Source of the DNA: Octopus sinensis
Taxonomy: Eukaryota
NCBI RefSeq assembly: GCF_006345805.1
Contig: NC_043012.1
Location: 19,158,001 to 19,222,000, forward strand
Reading direction: 5' to 3'
Length of the DNA stretch: 64,000 nucleotides
This document shows, one piece after another, positions 1-12,700 of this stretch. Under the pieces are notes generated by a model. It did not search any database. It was not told the DNA's origin and worked only from the letters and a program-made list of their open reading frames with translations. Position numbers and translations under genes: made by a program. The first letter of the stretch is position 1; every line of letters begins with the position of its first letter.

Positions 1-60
1 AACACGTCAGCACCGGTTGGCCGGCAGGTTTCTGCGGATAAATACAGACTCAAACACACA

Positions 61-194
61 CGACGGGCTTCTTTCAGTTTCCGTCTCCGAAATTTACTCA
101 GAAGGATTTGATCGGCCACAAGCTATAGTAGAAGAAAATTGCCCACGGTGCTATGCAGTGGTACTGAAACCCAGACCGTGTGGTTGGGAAGCAA
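61..194 (-). mobile_element. tRNA-derived SINE family A (CORE-like), interrupted in its head; the rest of the head is at 3157-3190
   Basis: Reverse complement matches the copies at 13284, 34783 and 51814 (gacggaaactgaaagaagcccgtcg). Sequence breaks at ...ggttgggaagcaa and resumes as gaagcaagcttcttaccacac at 3157. Confidence 0.8.
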
Positions 195-479
195 TCTTCT
201 TTATTTCATTAAATTTGCTATAAAGGCCTTACCTATTGAAAGAAGGAAGCGGCGGGCTGGACACAGACATAATGTTATATGAGATTAAAAGTGAAAATGA
301 TGATTAATGGGGGAAACAGACAACGGCAACCGATTAGTGTTTCCCGAAACCATTGTTCGCTTATTTATCATACATGAGGCAATAAACCTCTTACAATTGT
401 TCATAATTGTTCGTTAAAACACAAAAAAATACATTGGTAAAAAACAGAATGAGGTTTCAAACCTCTTATCAGATTACGA

Positions 480-1601
480 TATCGAGGCTTTCCAACCTCT
501 TACCTATAGATCGCTTCAATATCGCTTGTGACCACATAGCGAGCCATTTCCCACGCTTTACTCAAGTACAATGCAGGGTAACGTGTTGGGGCCACCCGGC
601 CACAATCGATATTCCTCATTGAACTTCTTCATCTTTGCAACATGAGCAACTTTATGGCCTCCACGGATATCTGCGGAGGCTATTCGTGATCCCGTGTGCA
701 GGTCATAATTGTTCCCTCATGGTGCTTCTCCAACACCTTCTCCACTTCTCCGCCTCGGTAAAAGAAGACAAGTAATTTTTCTTCAGGGGACGAGGTAGGG
801 ACTTTCACCGTCGGGGAACAATTACCACCGGCGATGGCTCAATACTCGTCGGTGGCACATTTCCTACCAACAAAGTTCCGGGACATTCTGGTATTGTGTC
901 TCCGACTGTATTGTGTCCCGTTTCTCTTTTTCTTCATTTTTCCCCTCTTAACTGAGGAAGGGTGGGTTTCCTCCGTGACCGGGAGATCCGCCTCCCCTCC
1001 CTTATCCCTAGGATCCTTCGGTTAGCACCTGTTGTTGCTCACCTTCTTCCTCTTGCGGACCTCCGCCTCCTCGACCGCCTCTGTTCCCTCTCTACAGTGG
1101 TCTCAACCAACTGCTCTAGGACCTTGCTTTGGTCCTGGAGGCAGTTCTGTTTTGTATTGCCAGGTTCCACACACGGATAATAATTGGGGTGCGGCTGACC
1201 CTCAAGAATCACCGGGTACCTGCTCCCACCCAAAACCCCGGCGGATAGTGTTCTCTACCCAGTCTGGTTTTAAATTCAGTGGCAACCCACAAACCCAAGC
1301 CTGCATCAGTTTTCTCACACAATAGGTTATTGCCCCCCAGGGCTGGCTCTAAAAATGTGATGCTCCTCAGGGGTGTCAAATAGCAATCAAATAATTGCAT
1401 ATCCGACACCCCGGGCAAGAAACGTATCAGTAGGTAGATAGTCATCCAGTTGGTAGATTGTCCTATTACTTCTTTGGAGAAAATGTCAATGGCGTCGAGA
1501 ACCTTCGAATACGTTCCTAACACCACAGTCTTCTCCTCTTACTGTTTAATCAACTCTTTCGGTTGGATAATCTCCAACCGAAAGACATTCTTTTATGCCA
1601 T
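480..1601 (-). pseudogene. Degenerate ORF1/gag-like protein with CCHC knuckle relic
   Basis: ATG at 1601 is in frame with ORF 1209-1526 (EEKTVVLGTYSK...). A frameshifted segment VILEGQPHPNYYPCVEPGNTKQNC resembles CxxCxxxGHxxxxC and is followed by an E/R/K-rich region. The 3' boundary is approximate. Confidence 0.55.
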
Positions 1602-1639
1602 GCTTTTTTTTTAATGCTCACTTAATTGTTCAACACAAT

Positions 1640-2905
1640 TTATGAAAAATAAAGAATTAAAAACAAAATCCAAAAAAGCAATTAGAAAGAGGACAAGAGA
1701 AAAAACATAAAGACAGAAGAAATAAGAAGATATGTAAAAAAAAAAGTTCTGCACGACGACAGTTCTTTGCACAGGGATAGTTCGAATCACTGCAGCAACT
1801 TGAAAAAATTAAATTCCGGACAACCGGTATTCCTGGCGCTTGTAGTTTCCAAAAAAGGTACTTCAGTTGAATCGGGGACTCAGTAGCAGGAACAAATATA
1901 ATTTGTCATTAAATTGTAAATACACAGTGAAGAAAATTTTGTTTTTCCACAGCAGCAAAAAGAATTCCACAGTTTATGGCGCAGAGGATCTGCCCACCAA
2001 AATAATTCACTTAGAAGTGAAAAATGACATTCTTTTTCACCATCCTGATTTTGATTCTCTTAATAGATCAACAAAAAATTCAATGAAAAGTAAAGAATCA
2101 AAAAACATCAAAAGTAAATAATTAAAAACAAAATCAAAAAAGTTAGTAAAAAGACAAAGAAAAACATAAAAACATGAAAGATAAGAAGAAATGATACAAA
2201 TAATTCAGCACGACGACAGTTCTTTGCACTGTGATAGTTCAAATCACTGCAACAGCTTCTTGAAAAAATTAAATTCCCGGTACTCCTGGCCCTTAGGTTA
2301 CCCACCAAAATTAATCCCGTTGAGTCGGTAGCAGGAACAAAAAATTAAAAATGATTTACCATTAAAGGATCTTTTCGGTTTGAATGGCAGTTTTTTAAAA
2401 TAATTTCCACGTAACTAAACATGTTTAAACTTCGTATACTGGTAGAATGTGTTTATAAAACATTTTTTCTTTGGCTTTATTGAGAAAATTCTATAGTTTG
2501 TAAGATATTTGTTGTTGTTTTTTCTTCAATTTTCGCAATTTCAACCAATCAATGACGTCTATTGAGGTGAAAACATTCTGTGCCGTATGAATATGTCGTT
2601 TAAAAAACAGATTGGGCTTATTCACATTTCTGAAGAAAAAAAGATACCCTTCCCCCCAACCCTAACCATAACCCTAACTAACCCTTACCCTAAAACAGAT
2701 TGAAAGGCAATAGATCAATACTAAGGTCATAATTATGGGTGACAATTTCATATGACACCGCTAGAAAAAATTGCCGCTCAAACCGAAAAGATCCCCATTA
2801 AATAGTAAATACACAACAAAGAAATTTTTTCACAGCATCAAAAGAATTCCATAATTTATGGCGGATGAGGATCCGCCCACCAAAATAATCCACTTAGAAG
2901 TGAAC
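1640..2905. repeat. Two diverged tandem copies of a ~450-bp unit; the second is interrupted by a MITE
   Basis: gcacgacgacagttctttgcac at ~1751 and ~2208; cccaccaaaataat.cacttagaagtgaa at ~1993 and ~2876. Confidence 0.85.
2367..2794. mobile_element. MITE with ~29-bp TIRs (GGATCTTTTCGGTTTGA...), 8-bp TSD and internal telomere-like (CCCTAA) tract; Merlin-like ends
   Basis: ggatcttttcggtttgaatggcagttttt ... aaaaattgccgctcaaaccgaaaagatcc; TSD ccattaaa at 2359-2366 and 2795-2802. Confidence 0.85.
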
Positions 2906-3743
2906 AATTTTTGCCTAACTCTAGGCAGACCAGAGTCGTGATTGAAGTAAGGATTTCTTTTTTGTACAAAAAATAATACAGCAAACATCAAAAAACCATA
3001 AAGACAGAAAAGATGGACTCAAAACACAAATGTCTTACCTTATAGCTGAGCTTCAATCAATATTTCAATCAGTATTTTTCAATCATTATTTCGGCAGCTG
3101 TACACCAGCGTGGCGACTTCTGCAGTGTAAGAACAACACTGACACAACCGGAAGAAGAAGCAAGCTTCTTACCACACATCCATGTATGCCTCTTTCTTTT
3201 TTCCTTTTTTTTTTGTACTAAAACAGAATTGTGTTCTGTTTATATCTTAAAAACAGAGGTGGAGATGATAGTTTTCTTGTAACTCGAATTTAGTGTTAAA
3301 ATATTTTCAAAGACTTAGAATTAGGATGAGTGGCAAACATTTAACATAGAGTTGTAAGTTTGCAACAAATCAAAGAGTCTTTCTGCTGTTATCACGTCTT
3401 TCATATTTAACATATCTATCAAAAGAATTCAAAACATTTCTTGAAATATTTCCAAATAACTGCCGGCTAAGCATTGTGCAGTCTCTTAAGATGTTGTTTG
3501 ATGTTTCCTGGAAATTCTTTGTTTTATGTTATGAATATGCGTTTCATTCATATTTAAACGTTTACTTTGGTTTATAAATATGGAATAAAAAAGTGGATTC
3601 ATATCTTGAATTAAAGCAATAACACTAACAGTTAAATCTTATAATTTCAACCGAGAACTTTTTGCGTAAGTGAAGCTCTTACTTCATCAGTATCCTCGTT
3701 GATGTTGCGACTGTTATTTTTTTGGCTAATATAAGCACTTACA

Positions 3744-4073
3744 CAGGAGTGGCAGTGTGATAAGTAGCTTGCGTGTCACATTGGGCAAGTGTCATCTAAC
3801 ATATTCTCGGGCCGAATAAAGCCTGGTGAGTGAATCTGATAGATGGAAACTGAAAGAAGCCTGCCGAATACACACACACACACACACACACATACATACA
3901 TATTTTCATGTGTGTGAGTATGTCTGTGTGCAAGTGTTTGTCGTTCCACCGTCGCTTCGCACCTGATGCTAGTATGTTTATGTCCCCGTAACTTAGCAAT
4001 TCGGCAAAAGACACCTATAAAATAAGTACTACGCTTACAAAGAATACGTTCTGGTGTCGATTTGTTCGACTAA
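3744..4073 (+). mobile_element. SINE family A, with internal deletion and central microsatellite
   Basis: ggagtggcagtgtgataagtagcttgc...ttgggcaagtgtc...gatggaaactgaaagaagcc...ttcggcaaaagacacc. Confidence 0.8.
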
Positions 4074-4094
4074 ATGCATACACACATACATATA

Positions 4095-4432
4095 TCTATT
4101 ATATATAATAGATATATGTATGTCTGTCTGCGTGTGTTTCTTCTACAATCTAGGGCATCCTCCATCCGATTGTGCTCAAATTTCATATCTTCATACCGAC
4201 CGTATCAGGGCGTGTATGAGTTTTGAAAAGAATTACAAAAATAGTTTCCAGGTGAGAATGCGATCGATAAAGCCGTGGGAACGTGCATTTGCATGCGCCA
4301 GTACATCAGCTGTCGCGATCGATACTACGCGTACGCGAGTAAAATGCACGTGCAGTTTGCGCAAAAATAGCTGGCTGGCTTAAAATTATGCCACAAAATG
4401 GGACGGTTGGACAAGTTGTTTTCAGAAATATA

Positions 4433-4480
<48 letters not shown>

Positions 4481-4807
4481 ATATATATAATAGATATATG
4501 TATGTCTGTCTGCATGTGTTTCTTCTACAATCTAGGGCATCCTCCATCCGATTGTGCTCAAATTTCATATCTTCATACCGACCGTATCAGGGCGTGTATG
4601 AGTTTTGAAAAGAATTACAAAAATAGTTTCCAGGTGAGAATGCGATCGATAAAGCCGTGGGAACGTGCATTTGCATGCGCCAGTACATCAGCTGTCGCGA
4701 TCGATACCACGCGTACGCGAGTAAAATGCACGTGCAGTTTGCGCAAAAATAGCTGGCTGGCTTAAAATTATGCCACAAAATGGGACGGTTGGACAAGTTG
4801 TTTTCAG

Positions 4808-4810
<3 letters not shown>
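4095..4810 (+). mobile_element. Two near-identical head-to-tail copies (~330 bp each, period ~382) of a Helitron-like non-autonomous element separated by (TA)n
   Basis: Units 4095-4428 and 4478-4810. Each starts TCTAT(T)ATATATAA and contains gtctgtctg and ccgattgtgctcaaattt. I saw only two substitutions in the body. Confidence 0.6.
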
Positions 4811-4863
<53 letters not shown>

Positions 4864-5719
4864 ATGTTGTTCGGGTCATAAGAATTTATAAACCTAAGAA
4901 TTATAAACCTAAAAAATAAGTGAAAAAATACCCACGGTATATCTAGAAGCCTGTTTTAGGCATTCGAATATACATCTGTACACATAACGAATGCAACATG
5001 CAGTACTGAGATATCTCTATCCAAAGGATTTCATTAACCTAATATTTCTGCTCATCGCTTATAGCTGTATCTTCTTCGAGACTTCCAAACATCAATTGTC
5101 ACACATCCTCTCCATATTTGCATCTCATGCGCACACACAGATACATGCGCACATACATGCACACACACACACGCACCACCCACACACCCATATATATATA
5201 TATATATATTGGTACATATTTCCAAGTAAGAATTTGTGTTTGTACTTCATGTATATAGGTATGCATGCATGAATATATGTATATGTATGTATCTTTGTTT
5301 GCATGCATGTATACATGTATACCTGTACGTATGAACGTGTATATATTCGTTTGTATGGTGATACTAATAACACAGTTATACATTCATACAGTTAGGTGCA
5401 CTTAATATACCAGTATGTATGAACGTGTACTTTTGTTATCATTATCTGACGAAATATCTTTACAGCAACTGAGAGTCAACACAAAAGAAAGGTCCATTCA
5501 AATTTAAGATACGAATTTTACGACTCAATAATCATTGACGGATCCTGATATATGTGATTGACATTTAAAATAATATTGAGGCCACTTATAAATCAATAAA
5601 AACCTGCAGTTCTCTCAGTAGAAATGTTTCTTATATCTCTTACGTCATTCCTCAAATTCAAGTAACATCCACAATGAATTATTCCATTCTGTAGGAGCTA
5701 AATACCATTTAAGCTACAC

Positions 5720-5975
5720 ATTATAAAGATACGTGCAAGTAATACCGTCTTGCTCTGAAACACCACTGGATAGTACGAAAACTAAAAGAAGCAGTGTATA
5801 TGGAAGGAGCCAACAACCTCCTAAGCAGACCGAGTGCAGATATGAACAGCATATGGGAACTGGTATTAAGGAAGGCTAGGAAAACATTAGAACTATAAGC
5901 ACTAAAATTCACCCAATAATTGCCTACGAGCATATTAGGTAGTGGTTAAGAACGTGGAAGAGACCTGAATAACCA
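5720..5975 (+). mobile_element. 3' end of PLE family 2 (GIY-YIG C-terminus and start of terminal repeat); continues at 7078-7225
   Basis: Translates as LKHHWIVRKLKEAVYMEGANNLLSRPSADMNSIWELVLRK. DNA is homologous to the reverse complement of 16810-16980 (gagtgcagatatga..agcatatgggaac.ggtattaaggaagg). Confidence 0.75.
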
Positions 5976-5986
5976 TAATAATAATG

Positions 5987-6019
<33 letters not shown>

Positions 6020-6057
6020 TAATAATAATAATAATATAATAATAATAATAATAAAAA

Positions 6058-6258
6058 GTGATAAAAAATATTCAGACAAATATATAACAAAAACACCAGG
6101 ACTTACAAAAATTGCACTACTAGGCACTGCACACATCCTACGCAGAACACTTTCCATACAATAACCTTCAGAGCATCACAACAAATCACAGCACATACCC
6201 AAGGCACACAGAGCTGCGCTCGGTAGTGAAGTGAAAGCACGATATAAAAATAAAACTA

Positions 6259-6262
<4 letters not shown>
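6058..6262 (+). mobile_element. R4/Dong-like non-LTR 3' end fragment flanked by (AAT)n
   Basis: Translates as KYITKTPGLTKIALLGTAHILRRTLSIQ*, then a short UTR and an (AAT)n tail. Confidence 0.7.
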
Positions 6263-6338
<76 letters not shown>

Positions 6339-6935
6339 CCACTGGCTAATAAGTCGGCATTACAATATCAAAACTGCCGACAAGTGGTATAATCACCACC
6401 CTGAGGCTGTAACTGAAGGAGAAAATGTAACCATTCTGTGGGACTTTCCAGTACATACACACCGAACCATCAAGGCCAATAAACCACATATTGTTGTGAA
6501 AGACCAAAACAATAAAGTTTGCTTATTGATCGACATGAGCATCCCCTGTGATAATAATATCTCAGCGAAAGAGTTTGACAAGCTCAGAAAATATAAAGAC
6601 CTACTCATTGAAATTGAGAAAATGTGGCATCTCAAGGCTGTTACAATACCAGTGATCGTAGGAGCACTAGGAATGATCAAGAAGGGAACCGAAAATTATA
6701 TGAGAATGATCCCTGGCTTACCATCCCTGCAAGAAGTGCAAAAGATTGTCTTAACTGGTACATCACACGTATTGAGAAGAGCTCATGTATTTTAATTTAA
6801 CTTAAAAAAAAAAATTATCGAACTATTGAGTTTGGTTTAATGGCCTACCAATGTATACTATGAGTTTCTTTGCGCTAGGAGTCGGGAAGACACTCGGCAA
6901 GAAATGGAAGCAAATTTGAAAGAAGAAGAAAAAAA
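6339..6935 (+). mobile_element. R4/Dong-like non-LTR 3' fragment encoding a restriction-like endonuclease (RLE) domain
   Basis: ENVTILWDFPVHTHRTIKANKPHIVVKDQNNKVCLLIDMSIP...KLRKYKDL...VTIPVIVGALG, the PD..D..K..KY RLE signature with D-to-H at PD. Bounded by (AAT)n on both sides. Confidence 0.85.
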
Positions 6936-6999
6936 ATAATAATAATAATTAATAATAATAATAACAAAAATAATAATAATAACAACAACAACAACAACA

Positions 7000-7057
<58 letters not shown>

Positions 7058-7077
7058 CAACAACAACAACAACAACA

Positions 7078-7225
7078 TCCAAAAATACTTTAGGAATGAG
7101 ACCCACGTTCGAAATTTCCCCAAGACACCTGGTGAAGTTCTGGAGGGTATATCAGCCGAAACATTGTGTTAACAATAAAAACGATGAGGAAAAATATCCG
7201 TCAAATGTAAATAATGTAAATAACA
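7078..7225 (+). repeat. PLE family 2 terminal repeat with a degenerate hammerhead at 7124-7170
   Basis: Matches 17632-17765 and the reverse complement of 16658-16785. Confidence 0.8.
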
Positions 7226-7479
7226 TGCCCTGTGTTTCCAAGCAATCGCTAAGCTCTGAGCACATTGTCTATTTATCTGAAAAGTTCAGTAATAAGCACA
7301 CTTGTAGGCCGTTAAACATACCGAGGACAGAAATCGGTTTAGTTGCCAAAAAATATTAACGAATATTCATATCACAATTAGAAGCACTACTATACTTTAG
7401 CAATGGATTAATAACAGCACTATAATAGATTGTTTTAAGAATGAGAACTGGAATAGATTTATACTGTTTGATATTATGG

Positions 7480-8220
7480 CTTTTTAACACTCGATATCGT
7501 GATCACTGTTTGATAAGGCGACTGAGTTCCGAAAAACATGTTAACATTGACCACTTTGATGTCTCCTAAGATCTACACTAATACAATATTTGATAGGTAT
7601 TCCCCACCACAATAATAATGACCCATACAGTAACGGCTTCAATGTAAATATGTATTAGAACCCTTCAAGTAAAAGTGTAAATCATAAAATTAGAGCTAAA
7701 AAAACAGGAAAATAATATTGTTGCCCGCCACAACTTCTCCCTAAATATTAAAACTAACACAAGCAAGACATTCCTGTTTTATAAAGGACGCTTGATTAAA
7801 ATGTCACGCGGCTGCTGCCCCAATATAGAGGAGTTGATTACTTGTAAACTTCATGTGCCTTCTCCCAGTTGAAACCATGGAGATCCGAATGCTTGCCAAC
7901 GTGACCAAGCATGCATAAAATACTTCGTCCTACGAGGCAGAAGTCACATCATCGTTTCAAGACAGTCAAACTGAAAAGAAGAATTACATCGGCTTTTGCA
8001 AAGAGGATTTCGAAACACGTTATGTAAGCTGCTAATCTGTCTTCCGGCACACCGACAACAATAACACCACCAAAGTTGGCTAGCCATGCATAGCGTTTGA
8101 AGACCAACTACACGCCACATACAATCACTTGAACCATCGTAAAGTAATCCATGCCATATGTAAATGGTATAAGAAATGCAGCTTATGTGTAACTGAAAAC
8201 CCATATATTCTTTTCAGGTC
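7480..8220 (+). pseudogene. Highly degenerate PLE (YRDD-type RT to GIY-YIG) relic
   Basis: Frameshifted pieces in the expected order: RYRDHCL (~YRDDGL), DHFDVS*DL (~FLDVTLDL), NFSLNIKTNTSKTFL, NYIGFCKEDFETRY, KKCSLCVTENPYILF. Confidence 0.55.
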
Positions 8221-8653
8221 TAAGTACTCTACCGTGCTATTTCATTCCAGTTTTCAGCTCATGCGAGCTATGGACAATTTTATTTTGGCAAACTTGAGGA
8301 CACACACGTCTTTAGATAGAGTAGCTGTCTCGGAGATTTTGGCTCTTTCTCCGTTCAATTATTATATAACAACTGCTTTAAGTATGACGTCTACAGTCAA
8401 AGGAAGAGCAACTGTAACTTTCTTTCTTTTGGTTTCTTTTTGTTTTTTATTCACCCTATGACATTTTAAATCAAGCTTCGTATTTTTTCTTCTGACATGT
8501 AACGTGCTAATATCCCAACTCTCAAACAGAACAGGCCAGGTGTTCAGAGCTTCAAGATTGCTTAGAGAGACAAGGTGTGTTATAAAATCATGGCTAGACA
8601 TGTGTTCTCAGATCAAGAAAATATTTGTAGCTTGTATCTTCAACCTGTGTACA

Positions 8654-9033
8654 TCTTTATATATAAAAGAGAGGTTGTGTGCTGTCTGTCTCCTACGATT
8701 TAGATTCCTAACTACTCCTACATTTTGCGGTGCAGTTTAGCCAAAACCGGGTATCCTATAGTTGTGATTCATATCGAGCCCTTCTGGGTATTAGCGCGCG
8801 TCTACGATTTAAAAAAAAATTACCATCAATTTTTCCCATTTTTAATGCATTTTTGGCATATATAAGGGAAGTGACACTCTAAAAATTTATTATTAAATCT
8901 CAGAACGTAAAAAGCGACAGTAACGCCTCCCCTTTCTGGTTAGCCATATTGAGATGGCTATTATACTTTACATCTCTAAACATGCTTATATAGTTATTTC
9001 CCTTACAAACCCGAGCAACGCCAGGCGATACGC
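8654..9033 (+). mobile_element. Helitron-like non-autonomous element
   Basis: A|TCTTTATATATAAAA 5' end, ctgtctgtc, and a GC-rich 3' subterminal segment cccgagcaacgccaggcg. The terminal CTAG is not evident. Confidence 0.55.
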
Positions 9034-12000
9034 AAAAAGAGAGAGAGAGTGAGTGAGAGAGCGGGTATTGATAGGTCAAAGCAGTGTTTCATTTGAGAAA
9101 ATCACATCCAGTGCATACTTAAATGCTTTTGATGATAGCAGATCCAAGATTTTTATCTCCTTACAAATGCTTGAGATGATCTTGTATAGTGTTTACGAAT
9201 GGTGAGAATATTTTTAAGAATAAAGTTTCTGCAAATTTCGCTAAGTAGGATTTTAAAAAATATACGTTTACGAACTATAAAATAAACAAGTGAAAATGTG
9301 TTTTTTCGAAAAGTCCTTATGAGATGAAAGATCTTGATTTCCGAGTTTCTTTTTCTTTTTTTTTTTTCCGCTTTCTATTTTTCATTAAGAAAAATTGCTA
9401 TTGCATTCTCATTTTCTTTAATTTCTCTTTACTCATATTGTTTCTGCCTTTGTTTTCTTTATCCTGTTCTTTACTAAGAACATTTTTATATAAATACACA
9501 TGTATGTATGCGTGTACGTGGATGCATGTATCATTTACTAATCAATGTTAACTGAAACATGTATACATGAGCTCACACACACAGACAATGACACACACAG
9601 ACTTAAACAAAGACAACTCTACACACACGCACACATACACACAAACATACACTTATAGACATACGCTGCGTTTAACATGTATATTATATCTTAACCAAAT
9701 TTCTTACTTGAGTCTTTGACGCAGAATTTCCACGTGTCACTTGGCGTCCGTATCCTATCATGAACAACCTACATCTTAATAAGTATTGATAAAGGTGAAT
9801 TTATTTCCCTTAGTTCAGAAACAGAGTTTAACTTTTGTGCTACGTATAAAACACAGAGTTGGACAAATTCGAAGGCATTCTTACCTAGAAATAGTGAATT
9901 GTACAACTTTCCGTGAGTACCTTTGCTTTTTAAAGGATAAGGACTTTAAATATGATAGTTATTGGGCATTTATTGGTAGTGATGCACCATATAATATTGG
10001 AAAAATGAAGTGTAATTTATGTTTTGAAGAAATATTCCATATCTTCACATACAATTACAGGTTATTTGATCACAAAATGAATTATCTGTAAATTGCGCAC
10101 ATTATAATTATTATTTTTTTTTTTGTAAATAATAACTTCGCAAATAAGGAATGTTAATATGATATAAAGAAAACTCTATCGCTACAGACTCGACTGAATA
10201 CCAAAATTATAACGGTATTTATGTTCCCCTGATCTGTTTCCACTTTATTTCCTCTTTCTTTCTACTTCTCTTAGATATATTAATTTATTTTCTATTGAAT
10301 CATTTTATCATAATTATGATAGGTCAGTGAAAAGAATACATCCTGACCTAAATCAGGTTTTTTTTATTCTACTACTAAATTTCTAAAACAATTTTTTCTT
10401 GTCAATTCTATAAAAGTTTATTATATGCCTAAATGATACCAGAACTATAATAATACCATATTTCAAAGCAAACTCTGCAGCCCTAAAAGCTTAAGCTTTT
10501 ATCTTCCCTCACCTACAGTACACGTTAAGAAGGACTATCTAGCACTTGAAACTTCAATTCGCTGCACACACTCGCATTGGTAAAATCTTGAAAACATTGC
10601 ACAGCACTGTCTACATTGATATGCATATGCAATGTAACTGAACTACCCAAATGCCCATATATGCTACATCAAAGCACAAAGGGACACATATCCAGCAGAA
10701 ACATGTATCAGATTGGAATTTAATGGGTATATAATGAGAACGATATTTTCATAGATATATTTTCAAGATGTATAATTCCCCATTCTTATTTATGATATGT
10801 ACATACAAACACACAAAGGTATATACATATATATATTTATATACACATACATGCATACACACACGAATATACTCATACATATATTGACAACCCCATCAAT
10901 ATTGTGTGAATTATTGTTGTGTTACTGTGAACACTCCTACGCACAACTTCCTCTTGTCAAACAAAAACGTAGGCAAGTGTTGATTCAGTAAATATCGAAG
11001 AGACGAAGAGATGGCAGATAGAAATGCACATTTAGTGAGAGTGTTATATTTTCAGAAAGAAAGAAAAAAAATCTATTTACACATAGATGCGTATAGCATA
11101 AAACGCAAAATTGAATATTTATCTTTTTCTTTACATATGCATTACATCTACACACTCCGACGTATTTCCAGAAATAAACACACACACACACACAAACACA
11201 TATGCAAAACACATTCAAATATTTTCTTATTATATTTATCGATTTAATTTTTTTCTATCGTATTGATGTTTGATTTGATTTGCGATTTCGAGACAATGTT
11301 CTCAATTAGAACGTGTTATAATTGCATGTTGTTTTTGATGATATATTTATTACTTTTGTTTTTCTAGAGATTACTTGCATCGCAGTTCACTGTTTTTCTT
11401 GTTGTTGCTCATGTTGTTATTGCGTTTCTTTCAATCGATTTTTATTCCCAGCTTGATTACTTTCCCGGTTTTTGTATATTTATCAGTAAATTTATATATT
11501 TATTATTTCAGTAATATTGAATAATTGGTTTTGTTGTTGTTGTTGTTGTTGTTTCTATATTTGCAATTGTTTGTCTTCTTAACATTGGTGTTATTGCCAA
11601 TAGGGATGTTTGTCGCTTTGCGCATTGTATGGCAGTGCAAACTGGCTTCAGTTAAGTCCCTTTCAGAAAATTCTAACGACGAGATGGAAGGGTTCCATAT
11701 AGTTACGGCCTGTTTGCTCACTTAAGCAGACAGAAACACATACGTAGAGACACACACACACAGAGGAACAAACATAGAGATACAGACACACACAGTTATA
11801 TTATTTACGCCAAAGGAATGTAGAAACATTGCAAAAAATTAAAATAATAACTTTTCTTTTAATCGTAGAATCTTGTGAGTGAAAATGCGTTGACGTAAAA
11901 TATGCAGATACGCATCGGGTGAATTCTACTTGTAATTCAAAATAGCATAACCACGTCATACACCCTACCATACTGATTCTGCCGAGGTTTAAGTTTCGGT

Positions 12001-12179
12001 ATAAATGCCCTTCGAATATTTAGCCAGGTACACATGATTTCAGAAGCAAGTAATTCAATTGCCAATTCAAGAATGGGAATGGTGGGGACTGATTCACACC
12101 GTTTGAATTTTGTTCCTTGGAGAAATACACACATTATCAATTTGTTACTGACGTGCACGTTCCTCTACACTAAAGTTTA

Positions 12180-12700
12180 GTGAATTAAGTGATCTTAGTG
12201 ATATAAAGGCGAAGTGGAAGATCCAACTTTATATCTGTGCATGGACAAACCGCAAGGAACGATGATTTGATCAATATGGAACATCTTTTGCAAGGACCAA
12301 GGGATTCTTTCTTCTTCGCTCCCTCCACCACTCGTTTGACTCAAATGTCAGAAGTTTCATGTTAATCTGAACTCAATGATACTCGGGCCGCACCTGGCAT
12401 ACATTTTACCTAAATGGGATGTACCGTCTGAGGTCTGACTATGCCTTTCTCAAGTAATCTTCCAGAGTAGTCTGCTATTAAAAGTGCTTCCTATCGTGCA
12501 AGTTTTTTGCTTGTTCCGTAAGATATCCATATGTCTTTAGCGCCTATTCTCTTTTGCTGGTGGCTTCGGTGCTTTGTCTTTAATGCCGCAGTGTTCTTGG
12601 CAAATCTTTTACATAAAATTTTCACAAGAATTTAACGGCTTATCGCACCGCATGTTACCGAGTTCTTTATTATATCTACTAACACTTTTCCCATTTGTCG
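12180..12700 (-). pseudogene. R2-Hero/NeSL-like non-LTR relic (region N-terminal to RT)
   Basis: Minus-strand pieces KICQEHCGIKDKAPKPPAKENRR, TTLEDYLRKA*SD and VKRVVEGAKKKRIPWS (~VVKKARxKSAPGP). Family assignment is from motif resemblance only. Confidence 0.45.

Larger units (their letters stand above)
195..3156 (-). mobile_element. Non-autonomous non-LTR retroelement encoding only a degenerate gag-like ORF1 (L1/Tx1-like), with tandem repeats in the 5' region
   Basis: Flanked by direct repeat gaagcaa (188-194, 3157-3163). Minus-strand 3' end reads aatgaaataaagaaga. Contains a disrupted ORF with a zinc-knuckle-like motif and no RT/endonuclease motifs that I could find. Confidence 0.65.

Noticed and set aside
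11937-12158. Possible Helitron PIF1 helicase fragment (RAFIPKLK)
   Set aside because: Similarity is too short to support without a profile search.
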